A stretch of 64,000 nt of DNA, taken from Hormiphora californensis (Eukaryota > Animalia > Ctenophora). Shown piece after piece: positions 27,401 to 40,060 of the stretch. The notes under the pieces are model-generated. The model did not search any database, was not told the origin of the DNA, and worked only from the letters and a program-made list of their open reading frames with translations. The position numbers and the translations under genes were made by a program. The stretch is taken from NCBI GenBank assembly GCA_020137815.1, contig CM035356.1, positions 2,480,001-2,544,000 of the forward strand, in the 5' to 3' direction. How positions within the stretch are numbered: the first letter of the stretch is position 1; every line of letters starts with the position of its first letter.

Positions 27401-30400
27401 ACTGAAAATGCGCAGTAAGGCTAGCTTTATAAATTAAATCTGATTCAATGTTAATTTAGACTCTGAATCGCTTCTTTGTAGGTGTTTTTAAAATCGTCTT
27501 AAATTTAAGACAGTCATAAATATAGATATGACTACCAATTATATCTGAAAATACAGCAGTTAACCCACGTTGGAAAAACATGTATGATAAAATCATGATT
27601 TATAGTTTAATTTTGCTCTTTTCTAATTTTTTTTGAAAATCGTCTTAAATCTTAATACAGTCAGATGCCCATAACTGACGAACCGCAACTCGGATTTGCT
27701 TGAAATTTTGAACGTGTGTTCAAGATGTCAAGGCAACACCGCGTACCAAGCGGCGTATTTGTAGAACGACGGGAAGGCCGTCTAAACAAACGCCAGAAAA
27801 CTTAAGACAGTCATAACTTTTGTTATGACTGTCCGTTTTCTCTGTCCAAGCTTTAATACAAGGTACACCACTAGACCTACCGACTCCCAAAGTTTCATGG
27901 TGATAGCTTTAAAACTGTGGCCTCTATTATGTACGCAAAAAGGTCGTACAATCAAGGTCGTTCGGGACCCTAAAAACGGACATTTTGTCTAAAATACGAC
28001 CCTCTGTAACGTAAAAACCGTAACTCCGATTTGCATAAAATTTTAAACGTGTGCTCTATAGTCTAGTGAAAACATGTTTTGACCCCCGAAATTTTTGATG
28101 CATTTATAATTCCTTCACCAAAATGTCCTCAAAGGCCTTCGGGTGAGATCCCAAAAGTCTACTACCAACCAACTCCTGGGGGAAGTACCCTTAATTGGCC
28201 CTAATTGGCTTGATGGTATAACTCGCCAATTTTGCTAACTCAGCTCTGGAGCGTCGTAGAGACCTTTCATTGGTCGCAATCGATCCGGATATATGATTTT
28301 ATATTAGTGCTATGAGGTCCGAAGTCGCTATCTCTCTCAACCGTTTATCCGCTAATTGGATTTAACTGATTGATTGGACTTAATTGGGACCCTCGTATCT
28401 CACTCAGGGACATCGTAAAGACTTTTCATTGGTCGAAACTGACCGGAATGTGCAAGTTTATATTAGTGCTATGAAGGTCCAAAGTCGCTATCCCAACCGT
28501 TTAGCCGGAAATCGAACTTCTTTAAAACCGTTTTGCGCATGGTTATTGGGTTTGTAAGATTTTTTCTGTTTCTCAGCTCAGGAGCGTCGTAGAGACTTGA
28601 TTCCGGTTGCAAACGAACCGGAATACCCAAGTTTATATTGACGCTATGAAGGTCCGAAGTCGCTATCTCCAACCAATTAGTCGTAAATTGGACTTAATTG
28701 ACCTTAATTGGGCGAAATAGCCAATAAGACCGCAAATTAGTGGCAAATGTCTAACAACTAATTCCTTCACTAAGTGACCCTAATGGGTCCCCCGAATCAC
28801 CAAAAAAATCATGGCCGATCGGAGTTGCAGAAGACCCTTATTTCCGGGTGGGCGGGCACCAGTATTTTCAGGCAGATGCCAAAAACGTAACTTTCCTTTG
28901 GGAAGGAGTAGAGACAAATCTAAGGACATTAAAATGTGGTAGCGTCCTCGCATTAGTGGGGGTAGACGCCCATAAAAAGTTCCTATCTCATTTTTGTTAA
29001 TTGGTTAATTAGATAATTGTTTGCGCATAGCCATATTTCCGATATGTGTACGGTTTAAATGGCTCAGTCATGAATAAGGACCTGTTTTTGACCGCTGAAC
29101 ACGATTATTCAAGCAATATAATGGAACTCAGAGTGTGAAAAGTGTCTTAATTAGGCAAAATTGGATATAATTGGGTATAATTGGGTACGTTGACCATACA
29201 TTATCTTACTAGATACACCCTAAAACCCACTAAATATCTCCTAAAGCTCTCCCAGAACCCGGTCAGAGCCTCCTTAATACCCCTCAGACATTTCTAGATA
29301 CCTCAAAATCCACTAGATAGCCCTCAGAATTAACTAGATACTCCTCCGATCCTTCAGATACCCTCAGACGGGCCTCAGACTCTGAGGCTCAGAGGCCACT
29401 AATACCCCCATAAACACTAGTATGTGTCAACCACATCGTATTGACGTCACCCAGCGCCCTCAGAATCCACTAGATGCCCACACAGACCGTACTGGATACC
29501 CCCAGACCCTATTAGATACCCTAATATCTCACCTGATACCCCTCTGACCCTCCAATACACATATAGACCTTTTAGATGCCCCTCTACCCTACTAGCCGCC
29601 CCTCAGACCTACTTACTAGATGCCCCTAAGACCCTGCTAGAAACTACTAATATACGCCACAGACCCTGCTAGATACTCCCGATCAAACTATCTACACCTT
29701 GGACCTTTCTAGATATCTCTTAGGTACTTATAGACGTCCCCAAACCACTTTTCGATATCTCTTATGCCCTTCAGAACCCATCAGGGCATCCTAAAACCCC
29801 TCATACACTTCTAGAACCCCTTATACCAAACTAGCATGGTCACAGATGTATCTACACGACTCTTGGCTCTAAAATAACATAATCTGAATGGCATCTAGTT
29901 GATTATGAGGGGTATCCAATGGGCTCTAAAAGTATCTAGTAGAGTCTTAGTGGAAAATATATAGCACAGCCTGAGGGGCATCTAGTAGATTCTAAATCCC
30001 ACTAAAAAGGCGTCAGACTCTACTAGATACCCATCCGACTCCACTAAATACCCCAGACACTTCTTCTACTAGTTAGGGTCAAAAGGGTTTTTAGAAGGGT
30101 ATGAGGAGTATATGCTTAGGCTTTTGCGAGGCCCTCAGGGTTTCTAGATGGGTATGAGAGATTTCAATAGAGTCTGGAGCGTCTAGAAGTGCCTAAGAGA
30201 TTCTAGAAAGGTCCTAAGTGTTAGCTATTGGATATGTGGTATCTAGCCAGGTTCTAAGCGCTAAGGCGTATATTGGTAGTATCTGGCATGGTCTAAGGGC
30301 ATCTTTTATTGGTCTGAGAGGTAATACTAGCTTATTAGGGGTCTAGTAGAGTCAAAAAGGGCCATTTAGCACTGCCTGAGGGATTTCAGTAGAGTCAGAG

Positions 30401-33120
30401 AAATAACTAGAATGGTCTAAAGAGTTAAATGGGAGGATCGAGGGGTATCAGGTATCTAGCACGGTCTGATATGTATCAGGTAGGTTTGAGGGTATCCAGT
30501 ACGGTCTGAGTGGCATCTAGTGATTCTGAGGGCGCTGGGGTGACGTCAATACTGTGAGTTTTGACACATACTAGTGATTCTAGGGGGTATCTAGTGGCCT
30601 CTGAGCCTCAGATCTTAGGCCCGTCTGAGGGTATCTGAAGGATCGGAGGAGTTCTCTGTTAATTCTGAGGGCTCTCTAGTGGATTTTGAGGGATCTAGAA
30701 ATGTCTGAGGGGTATTAAGGAGGCTCTGACGGGTTCTGGGAGAGTTTTAGGAGATATTTAAGTGGGTTTTAGGTGTATATCTAGAAGATAATGTATGGTC
30801 AACGTACCCAATTATACCCAATTATATCCAATTTTGCCTAATTAATAACACTTTCACACCTCTGAGTTCCATATAATTGCTGAATAATCGTGTTCAGCGG
30901 TCACAAAACAGGTCCTTATTCATGACTGAGCCATTTAAACCGTATAATATCGGAAATATGGCTAGGCGCACAACTAATTATCTAATTACCCAATTAACAA
31001 AATGAGATAGGAACTTTTTATGGGCGTCTACCCCACTAATGCGAGGACGCTACAATTTTAATGTCCTTAGATTTGTCTCTACTCCTTCCCAAAGGAAAGT
31101 TACGTTTTTTGGCATCTGCCTGAAAATCTCTGGTGCCGCGCCCACCCGAAATAGTCTTCTGCACTCCGACTCGGCCATGATTTTTTTTGGTGATCGGGGG
31201 ACCCATTAGGGTCACTTTAGTGAAGGAATTAGCTTGTTAGACATTTTGCCACTAATTTGCGGTCTATTTGGCTATTTCGGCCCAATAAGGTCAATTAAGT
31301 CCAATTTACGACTAATTGGTTGGAGATAGCGACTTCGACCTTCATAGCGTCAATATAACTTGGGTATTCCGGTTCGTTTGCAACCGGAATCAAGTCTCTA
31401 CGACGCTCCTGTGATGCAGAAACAGAAAATCTTACAAACCCAATAACCATGCGCAAAACGGTTTTTAAAGAAGTTCGATTTCCGGCTAAACGGTTGGAGA
31501 TAGCGATTTGGACCTTCATAGCACTAATATAAACTTGCACATTCCGGTCAGTTTCCGACCAATGAAAAGTCTCTACGATGTCCCTGAGCTGAGATACGAG
31601 GGTCCCAATTAAGTCCATCAATCAGTTTAAATCCAATTAGCGGCTAAACGAGTTAGAGATAGCGACTTCGGACCTTCATACACTAATAAAAATCATATAT
31701 TCCGGATCGATTGCGACCAATGAAAGGTCTCTACGACGCTCCAGAGCTGAGTTAGCAAAATTGGCGAGTTATACCATCAAGCCAATTAGGGCCAATTAAG
31801 GTACTTCCCCCAGGATTGGTTGGTAGAACTTTTGGGATCTCACCCAGAAGGCCTTTGAGGACATTTTGGTGAAGGAATTATAAATGCATCAAAAATTTCG
31901 GGGGTCGACCCCTTTTTTTACACGTTTTCACTAGACTATCTAGGTGTCAAGGCAACACGAACTACCAAGCGGCATGTTCGTAGTACAACGGGAAGGTTTG
32001 TCTAAAACAAAGTTGAATTTGCCGATTTCAGACAATAAGTATATAGAGCTACGAAAATTTTCAATTTTTTTTTCGTTTCGATTTTCTGTTTACTGGAGGA
32101 AAGATGCTTTTTAGAGGGACAATTTGGGGGAAATGATGGTTGGGGGAAGGGAGGATTGGGCCCCGGGCGCTTGCCAGCGCTATGACATGTGTCTCACTGA
32201 GACATCTGGTGTGGTTTTGACTTTTAACCTGGTTGTTTGTTTATTTCGAGTTTTGTGTTAGCAGCTAGCTACTCAATAAACGAAAATCAAAACTCGTAGT
32301 TGCATGATCTAACATGATCTAACATGATCTAACATGGTCCCATGATTTCTCAGTACCAGTATATGATAGAGAAGGGGCTAGTAGCGAACCCATCTGACCA
32401 GCCGACCTCCCGAACTATCATCTCCATAGGAACTGAGTGGCTACCAACACGGGCAATCAACCAGCTCCCTCTCTGTATTGAGGTCTGTAATGTTGATTGC
32501 GAGCTCCGACCGATGAATAGCTGTAGTCTAGAGGGATAGAACATAACAACTGTTGTTATGTTCTTACTTCTTACCCTCCGGGGCGCGGGAAACAGGGTCG
32601 AGCAAGGCAAGGTATCTGAGAATAATTCATGTTTGAAACTGGGGTCAATAAGGGGTAAAATCTTCTAAAAACTACCTCCCCCCCAGATACATCATGAAAG
32701 GTCAGTAGTGCCTCAACAAAACAGCCCAACACAGAACAACAGGGGGACGGTCTTTGTGTCAGTCTCTCTAACAGTGTCGACAGAGAGTTTCAGAGAGACA
32801 TGTTCATTAACGGTCTTCCTAGTAAGTTTTATTAGTAGTATGTACTAGGGCACCCAACATTGGCTGTTGTGTTGTGAGAGGTATAGATACAAGTTCCAGA
32901 TACTATCTACTAGTCAATAGATAGTATCTAATAGATAGTATCTAATATTATAGATAGTATCTGGAACTTGTACTGTTCATAGTCGAATTCTGATTCATGT
33001 TCATTTCAATTATGTGTCAAGAAATCAACACATTCATTTCAGGGAAGTGCTAGAAGCATGGATGATGACTTTGACCTGAACGATTTTAACGAAGCAATAG
33101 ACGATATGTTTGGCAACTGA
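24419..33120 (+). CDS. Uncharacterised 295-aa protein, possible degenerate HAD fold; exons 24419-24566, 24639-24720, 25575-25671, 25768-25881, 26274-26378, 32354-32482, 32687-32821, 33043-33120
   Basis: Eight GT-AG-bounded exons join in matching phases (1,2,0,0,0,0,0) into 888 nt with no internal stop. Confidence 0.75.
24758..24848. repeat. Short interspersed repeat of a type I recall as abundant in Pleurobrachia-like ctenophores
   Basis: AGGAACCGACCGAATCAGGAAATACTAGTCCCTGATTGGCTGATAACCAGTCACGTGACCTAAATAACGAGTTCTGATTGGTTG; recognised from memory, not searched. Confidence 0.65.
26414..26858. mobile_element. MITE with ~120-bp TIRs and TA TSD
   Basis: TA|CTAGATCCAAAAACCAAAC...GTTTGGTTTTTGGATCTAG|TA. 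Confidence 0.85.
26970..27290. repeat. Degenerate minisatellite (GATTAGCTATCGC-like) in both orientations
   Basis: Direct reading. Confidence 0.75.
28056..31940. mobile_element. About 3.9-kb foldback element in intron 5 of the orphan gene
   Basis: 28078 TTTGACCCCCGAAATTTTTGATGCA mirrors AATGCATCAAAAATTTCGGGGGTC ending near 31906; arms traceable for ~1.5 kb around a CTAGA/TACCC-rich degenerate core. Confidence 0.85.
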
Positions 33121-33327
33121 GTGACTCTTTTTAATATTCATAGACACTTTTAGATTCATTATTTTGGGAGAATCACTTGTGGAAATGACGAGAGACTCAG
33201 ACAGAGATCTCTGTCTCTATCTCGAGATGATCAGAGAGAATAATATTAATTAATAAGAATAATATGTAGTGTCATGAGTTGCCTTGTTTGACACTCTCTC
33301 CCCACCCCGGAGTTTAGAGCTGCGCCT

Positions 33328-34200
33328 GCAGTGTTATAAAGTAGCGTTTTTTACAATTTGTTGATACATTGAATTGCATGAACTATTTTATACTTTTCCG
33401 CAGATATTTCTTTTTCTTTGCTGGTGGCTGCTGCACATGGTTGGTTATAATTGGTGGACCAATGACCATCTATGGGTCATTGTAAAATTTTGAGATATAA
33501 TATAATTCTTTAGGTAGCACTGCTTGTACAACTTATAACACTGGGCAGTGTTATAAGTGAAAACTTATAACACTGCCCAGTTATACATGAAAACTTATAA
33601 CACTGCTGCACTTCGAACTCCACTGTTTCTGTCACGTTTAAAAACCGTTAGAAAGATAAACGTGTACGAACTCCCTCTCTCTCTTTCTTTATGTCACACT
33701 CTCACGCCGTTGCAGCATCGAAATCAAGATAACGGTTACGAACTCCCGGACCCACACATTCTTTATCTCTCACTCTCACTAATCTCTCACTCTCTTTACC
33801 TATCTCAGGCGTTATCTTATCTTATACTGATTTCTCTGCCTGCTACCTTATCATGAATTTGTTCTATTGTTACGCCCTATGCTAAAGTGTCTCTCACTCT
33901 TGTTTAAAAAATTTTACAATGCAATTTTATTATGCCTGTTTTCGTTGTACCTGACGTCAACAATAATGTCCCAGATTCGTACACTTTTAGACCTCGCAGG
34001 CTCGGTCAAAAAGTAAAACTACATCACTCGCAGGCTCGTGAGGTAGTCAAACTTAGTGGCACTCGCAGGCTCGTGCACTAAAGTACAAGAATCTGCCTCG
34101 ACCTGTGGTCTCGGATCATTATTGTTGCACTTATAACACTCGACCTTCGGTCTCGTGTTATAAGTTTTCAGGTACAACTTATAGGCATAATAAAATCCTA
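33328..34200. repeat. Repeat with multiple TTATAACAC motifs and CTCGCAGGCTCG / CTCGACCTTCGGTCTCG hairpins; family uncertain
   Basis: Hairpin CTTATAACACTCGACCTTCGGTCTCGTGTTATAAG at ~34130-34164; no TSD found. Confidence 0.45.
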
Positions 34201-35226
34201 CATTACTGACATCAGGAAGTGATGAGTCCACGATTAACTCTTTCCTAACCCCCCCCTTCCTATGAGTACTTCCATATTGGCAACAAAGTATAAAAGGCAC
34301 ATATCACAAATCTGAATAGAGTTAATCACAAACAACACACCTGCACGAATATAGCGCTTTCAGTTTCATTGATCTTTTCTCTTTCTCTTCGCCATAACGC
34401 TATTGATGTGAACATAAATATCTGTACATATATCTGATACAATATCGTAGTATATTCAGTATACATATGTAATATATTTCGATTCAAGTGTTTGTATGTA
34501 ATTGTACATATGAATGTCACGCAGTGTCACACAAACATTTTAAAGGCCGAAATTAGTGTCTTGAGGATAGTCCAAATGTCACCCAGCGAGACACGTGTAT
34601 CGATGTCGAGACACCTTGTCCTAGGAATTACCCCGCTCCCCTTGCCAGCGCTATGACATATCGAGTATAACCCGTTATCGACATCTCCAAAGAATGCTGT
34701 GTTTAATCTTCTGGATCATCACGTGTGTCACACAATCTCGTCGCTACTTCCAATTGATCTCCAACAGCCGTACCTGTGAGGAGGAGAGGACTGCATTTTA
34801 TTTGATTGCTTGTGTGAGAGAGCTTAGACTTAGAGAATATAGAGCGGGGTTAGAAGAGAGAAATTGTGTATGCAGTAGTGTGTGATGGTCGGGGGGAGGG
34901 GGTATATGATTCAAGAGTCCCATGCACTGCATGATGCATGGGGGGACAGGAAGGGTATGTTATCAAATAAGGCATGGATAATATCCATTGGATATAGATA
35001 TATATGTGTGCACGTGTTCATTTCCAGCAGCTAATTAGCTCCTGTTCATGTAGTGTAACACGTACTACCACGCGTACTGCAGGGGGGGGGGGACTGCTGC
35101 TGGCCACCTACTTTACCTCAGCTCAGAACTGACTCAGTACTGCAGCTGTACTACTATACTGTCTTATGCTCCTCTTCGTTAAATAACTCTACGAAGCCTT
35201 CACATTACTCGATTAAGTAGTTTAAC

Positions 35227-35257
<31 letters not shown>

Positions 35258-36015
35258 ACGCTCATTTTTTATATATTTTTATATATTTTATATACCTTTT
35301 TTTTGGAAAAAAAAAACATAATTTTTTATATATATATAAAATATATAAAAATATATAAAAATACATATGAATATATAAAAATATATAAAAATATATAAAA
35401 AATATATAAAAATATATAAAAAATTGTGCCGAAAGTGTGAAAACAGAAAGCTGTTTTTCGCCATAGCGGGATCAAATATCATTCAATTGATCTCAAACTT
35501 GGTCAGCATCTTCATCTAGATAATCCTGATGATTTTCCGTCATCAATGTGACGTTTGTAACATCGTGACGTCGCGTCAATAACGTCATGACGTCAAAATG
35601 ACGTCAAAAATGATTTGTTTTTTTAGTTTCGCGATCCCAACCTCTCTTCACCAGTTCTAGTACATCTGCACGGATCAACATACAAAAAATGATTGAAATC
35701 ACACCAAAACTGGTAGATATTATTAGGCCGGAACCTCTCTTCACCAGTTCTACTTTTGACAGTGCATAATTCACTTTTGAACACATTCTCAATTATGTAA
35801 AAGAGCTATCACACTCTCAAACACTTAAATTAACTCTATGAAACATATTCAAGTGAACAATAGATGGAAATAATCCCCTTTTTTGAAAGTAAAAGGGGTG
35901 AAAAAAGGGTTTATTTTATATATTTTTATATATTTTTATATATTTTTATATGTTATTTATATAACTTTATATATTTTTATATATTTTTATATATTTTTAT
36001 ATATTTTTATATATA

Positions 36016-36874
36016 CAGTCGGACCCCGATTTAGGGACACCCTCGGGGGAAAGGGTCTTGTCCACTAAATCGGGGTGTCCACTAAATCGGGGTGAGCCAT
36101 ATTTGGCCCATAAAAACATATTTTATTGCCCAAAATGCTATATTATTAAGACTAAAGACACCTCTAACTGTTATATGGAATATTCATGTATTGATGACAT
36201 GATCATTTTTGATTAGAAAAAGAAAAATATAAAATAATTATTTTTCAAAAAAATGTGGAAAATTTTCCAAGTTATACCAGCCCGTCCGGTTTGTATTTCG
36301 AATCGGCGCAACTTACTGGATATATCCTGTCTAATTAGCAGGTTCAAAACGAACCGATACGTGATACCATACCGAATCGGGGCACCCTAAGCGGGTGAGG
36401 AAGTATAAAAATTTCAAAATAACTTTTTCTCTCAAAATTTATGGGGAGCACCGATCAAAGCATTGACAATCGTACTGTAAAATTTTGCAAAAAAGTTTAA
36501 AAAAAGGTATACCAGCCACGTCCGAATCGTGTTTCGAATCGGTGCATCTTATCGCATGTCCTGCTGCTAATTAGACGGAACGAATCGAAACGTGATCCCC
36601 ATCGAATCGAAATTTTGACGCTTGGACCTTGGTGAACTTGTGATTCAATGGGCACCATGGGGATCACGTATCGGTTCGTTCCGAACCGTCTAATTAGCAG
36701 AAGGACATGCGATAAGATGCACCGATTCGAAACACGATTCGGACATGGCTGGAATCTTTTTGAAAAATTTCACAAAAAATTTCCCAAAAAATTCAAAAAT
36801 TTTTGGGGGGAAAAAATCCTGTCCCTAAATCGGGGTGTCCCTAAATCGGGGGTCCCTAAATCGGGGTCCGACTG
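36016..36874. mobile_element. pogo/Tc1-type non-autonomous element (83-bp minimal version at 52595-52677)
   Basis: TA|CAGTCGGACCCCGATTTA...TAAATCGGGGTCCGACTG|TA. Confidence 0.9.
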
Positions 36875-36904
36875 TATATAAAAAATTCCAAAATTAAGGA
36901 AATA

Positions 36905-37828
36905 TTAGGTTGTCCCATAAATATTGTCCCTCGGTGATTTTTCCAAGAAAATAACGATTTGAAAGAAAATAAACGGTCCTACGGTATTTTTGACATCCTT
37001 GGCTCCATTCTTATAGGTCAGGGATTCTACGTGCCCATACAGAAGGGTAGCTGTAGGTGAATTTGGTAGGCCAGTCTTGTAACGATCTTAAAACTGACTT
37101 TGACCCATTTTGTACCTAGCCAAAACCATCTCGGCACCATCTAACCTCAGGAGAGTCATCTCTGATCCCTTTTGAGGTAGTGTGGTGAGTTACACGCATC
37201 GGAATGATGCTCAGACATCCCTATGACAACTTATGTGCACGCCAAATCGACAAATTAGCATTGATTTTCAGCGCAAAAAGTGGCTACCTCGCAAAATTAT
37301 GTTTCTCGGCCCCAGATGGGCCACCTGGATGCGATTGATGGTCCTATGTGGTAGAGAAAGGTCTATTCTAGAGTTCTTAGGCCGATTTCAAGACTGTCCT
37401 TCATTGGCTTCTTCTCACGGTCATTGGTTTCTGTCAAAAATGTCTGCAGCGGCCGTTTTGAGTGAACTCTGTTTAAGGAGTGATGGCCCTAAAACGAAGG
37501 GTTCTATTCAAAAGTTAAAGGTCCCTGGAGCTCCCAGAGGATGCCCCCTAAGTCCCCACCGGGTAAAATGAGCAGTCCATATCCTTATTTTAGCACAGGA
37601 TTCGATTTAATGAGAAGAAACAATTTCATGATCGAAATTTTGAAGATCGTAGTAAGACATACGTGTAAAGATTGGCCCATAATTCCTGAACTATACTACC
37701 TTGATACATCCCCAACCTATAGGAATGGAGCCAAGGATGCTAGGAATACCGTAGGACCGTTTATTTTCTTTCAAATCATCATTTTCTTGAAAAAATCACC
37801 GAGGGACAATATTTATGGGACAAACTAA
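36905..37828. mobile_element. mariner-type non-autonomous element
   Basis: TA|TTAGGTTGTCCCATAAATATTGTCCCTCGG...CCGAGGGACAATATTTATGGGACAAACTAA|TA. Confidence 0.85.
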
Positions 37829-38733
37829 TATATAAAAAATTCGTTGGCCCCCCCCCCCCCAGTTTAACAGTACCATCCCCCTCATACGACTGTTTAAATT
37901 CCCCTATTTAACAGAGATAAATTCTATCAAGACTTGACAGGTGCAGAGAGAGAGAATTAGTATAAGGGGGAGCTGCTACCCCTCAACTAATCTGTCAGGC
38001 ATTTATATTTAACTGCTTTCTCTGAATCTTTTCCTCCGGAGAAGAGGGGTTACATCTGAAATCAAGGAGCATCTAGTATTAGTCCTCTGTCGTGGACTGT
38101 ATGATTGCGAAATGCACTGATTTCAAGGCCGAACCTTAAATGACTGCATCTAACATCGGGTACATGTCAAACTGCGTCTGGATCATCTCGCGACCTCCAC
38201 ACACAACTGTCTGGGCCCGAGATGTTTCTTGAAAAGCTTTGACAAATTCTGTTTTTATTGATTACTTATAGTTACTTATAGTAAGTTAGTGTATCTTTGT
38301 GGGCCATCTGAGCTATGAACAGTGGAATGAACCATGTACAATTCTTGCTAATTGTTGTTCCCATTCCAAACTAATTTAGCGGGGCCGGGGTTGTAGCCCA
38401 GCAATGTTTCAATTAAAATCAGTTCTTGACATGTGTACCAACTATTATACAATAAGATGAAGTTACATAAGCTTGTAATTGTATCTTCCCCGGCCTATAG
38501 AAATCCCTCTCCCCCTCCTCTATTTAGTACTTAGTGGAAACAATTACCTCGAGATTGTGGTTAGCTCGTGTGTGTAGTGCTGTACTATAGCCATATGATA
38601 CAACTCCTAGTAGAGCTTACTACGTTGTAGTTGTACATATATTGCTTGTTCAATGGTCATTCCTTGTGAATTTGATTCTCAATTGCAAGCAAATGTTTTT
38701 ACAACATTAATTATTTAACTTTGTATTTTCTAG

Positions 38734-39100
38734 TGCCGCCCGTTTTGATTCTGAAAATGCGCTCAGAGCTCAACAAGACAGCAACCTCAATTTAATTGTA
38801 CAGGGGACTGCATGTTGTGCCCAAATTAACCCCACCTTTACAGTACCCAGTAGGCCAGGTATGCAGCAAGACCAGAAACCAGCAGCAGGGGGAGCTATTA
38901 GGAAGGGGAAAGCAGCGTCTAATAACGATCCACTGACACAAAAGGTAAATTATTAAAATTGTTACCACTTTAGGACGATTCAGTTTTTCCACCCTTTCCT
39001 CTGACATCTTACACTTCCCACCTAGTCTGGTACTCACAGACAAGACTGCTGGAATTGTCATACTTTAACTGCAGTTATAGTTGTCGTACTACACGACTGT
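38734..39100 (+). CDS. Two probable coding exons (~38734-38944 and ~39026-39100) of an unresolved gene, possibly the 5' part of the SNARE-like gene
   Basis: AG/GT-bounded open frames that join in phase 0; no recognisable homology. Confidence 0.35.
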
Positions 39101-40060
39101 GTAAGTGTCGCGCACACGCCACACAGTTCTCTCTGATTCGGTGTCATAATTCCAACACGTCTAAAAAACCTCGATACATTCAACTTGCCTCTACACGTGC
39201 AGTATGTACAGTAGCATGGTCCACGTGCCAATTTCCTAGCAGTTCAACCCGTGGAGGGCTGGAGCTGAGACATCGATAATGGGTTCCGGTGTAGCTCCAT
39301 AGTGGTAATTGCAGTTTCATTTGTTGAGAAAGTTTATCATCGAATTCGAATTGAACAACGAAAGGAGCCAGACCAACCCTCCACGGCGCCACACAACATC
39401 AATAGGAGACGAACCCTAGCCTGAAGACTCACCTAGCTTTCAGAGTCAAATAGAGAAGCTATCCTGATTGGCCACAGGGAGCTTGTCAGCGCTGTGATAT
39501 CCCTGTACCGTGCTGCAGAGATCCACACCAAAGTATACCACCTGAACAACCCCTCCCCTGATGAGATACAAGAAGGGAAAAGGATCACCCGCACTTCCAA
39601 TCTTCGGAAGAGGAGGAGGAGGAGGAGACGGATTTGATTTGGATCTTGAGGTAATAGTTAAACTTTAACTAACGTAACTTGTCTCGCCGGTATATTAATC
39701 ATGTTAACTGCACAACTTAGCGATTCTGTGATCTCTCTTAGTTAATACAACTTGCTATATAGTGATTGGTCAGTGGTCACTGGTCACTCCTCAGCATAGT
39801 ATATTAGGCAGAACAATTACTGATTCGTTCGAGAACAATTTGGACACTTTCTAAGTTTTGCTTAATCGATCGAGAGCTTCCTGCAATTACTACATTTCTT
39901 ATTGCACCATATTGTGCAGCTGTTGTTGCCGTCGTACCAATTGACTCACTACGTGCAGTACAAGCTGCGAACCTACAGTTTGGATCTTGACAGAGTTGCG
40001 GTATTAGAGAGGTGTCATTGAGTGTGAGAGGTATTGTCAGAGCATTGACAGGTATTTCAG

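Larger units (their letters stand above)
35227..37860. mobile_element. Poly-G/poly-C-capped element with 8-bp TSD (AGTTTAAC) hosting two nested elements
   Basis: AGTTTAAC|G-run CAACG...CGTTGG C-run|AGTTTAAC. Confidence 0.85.
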
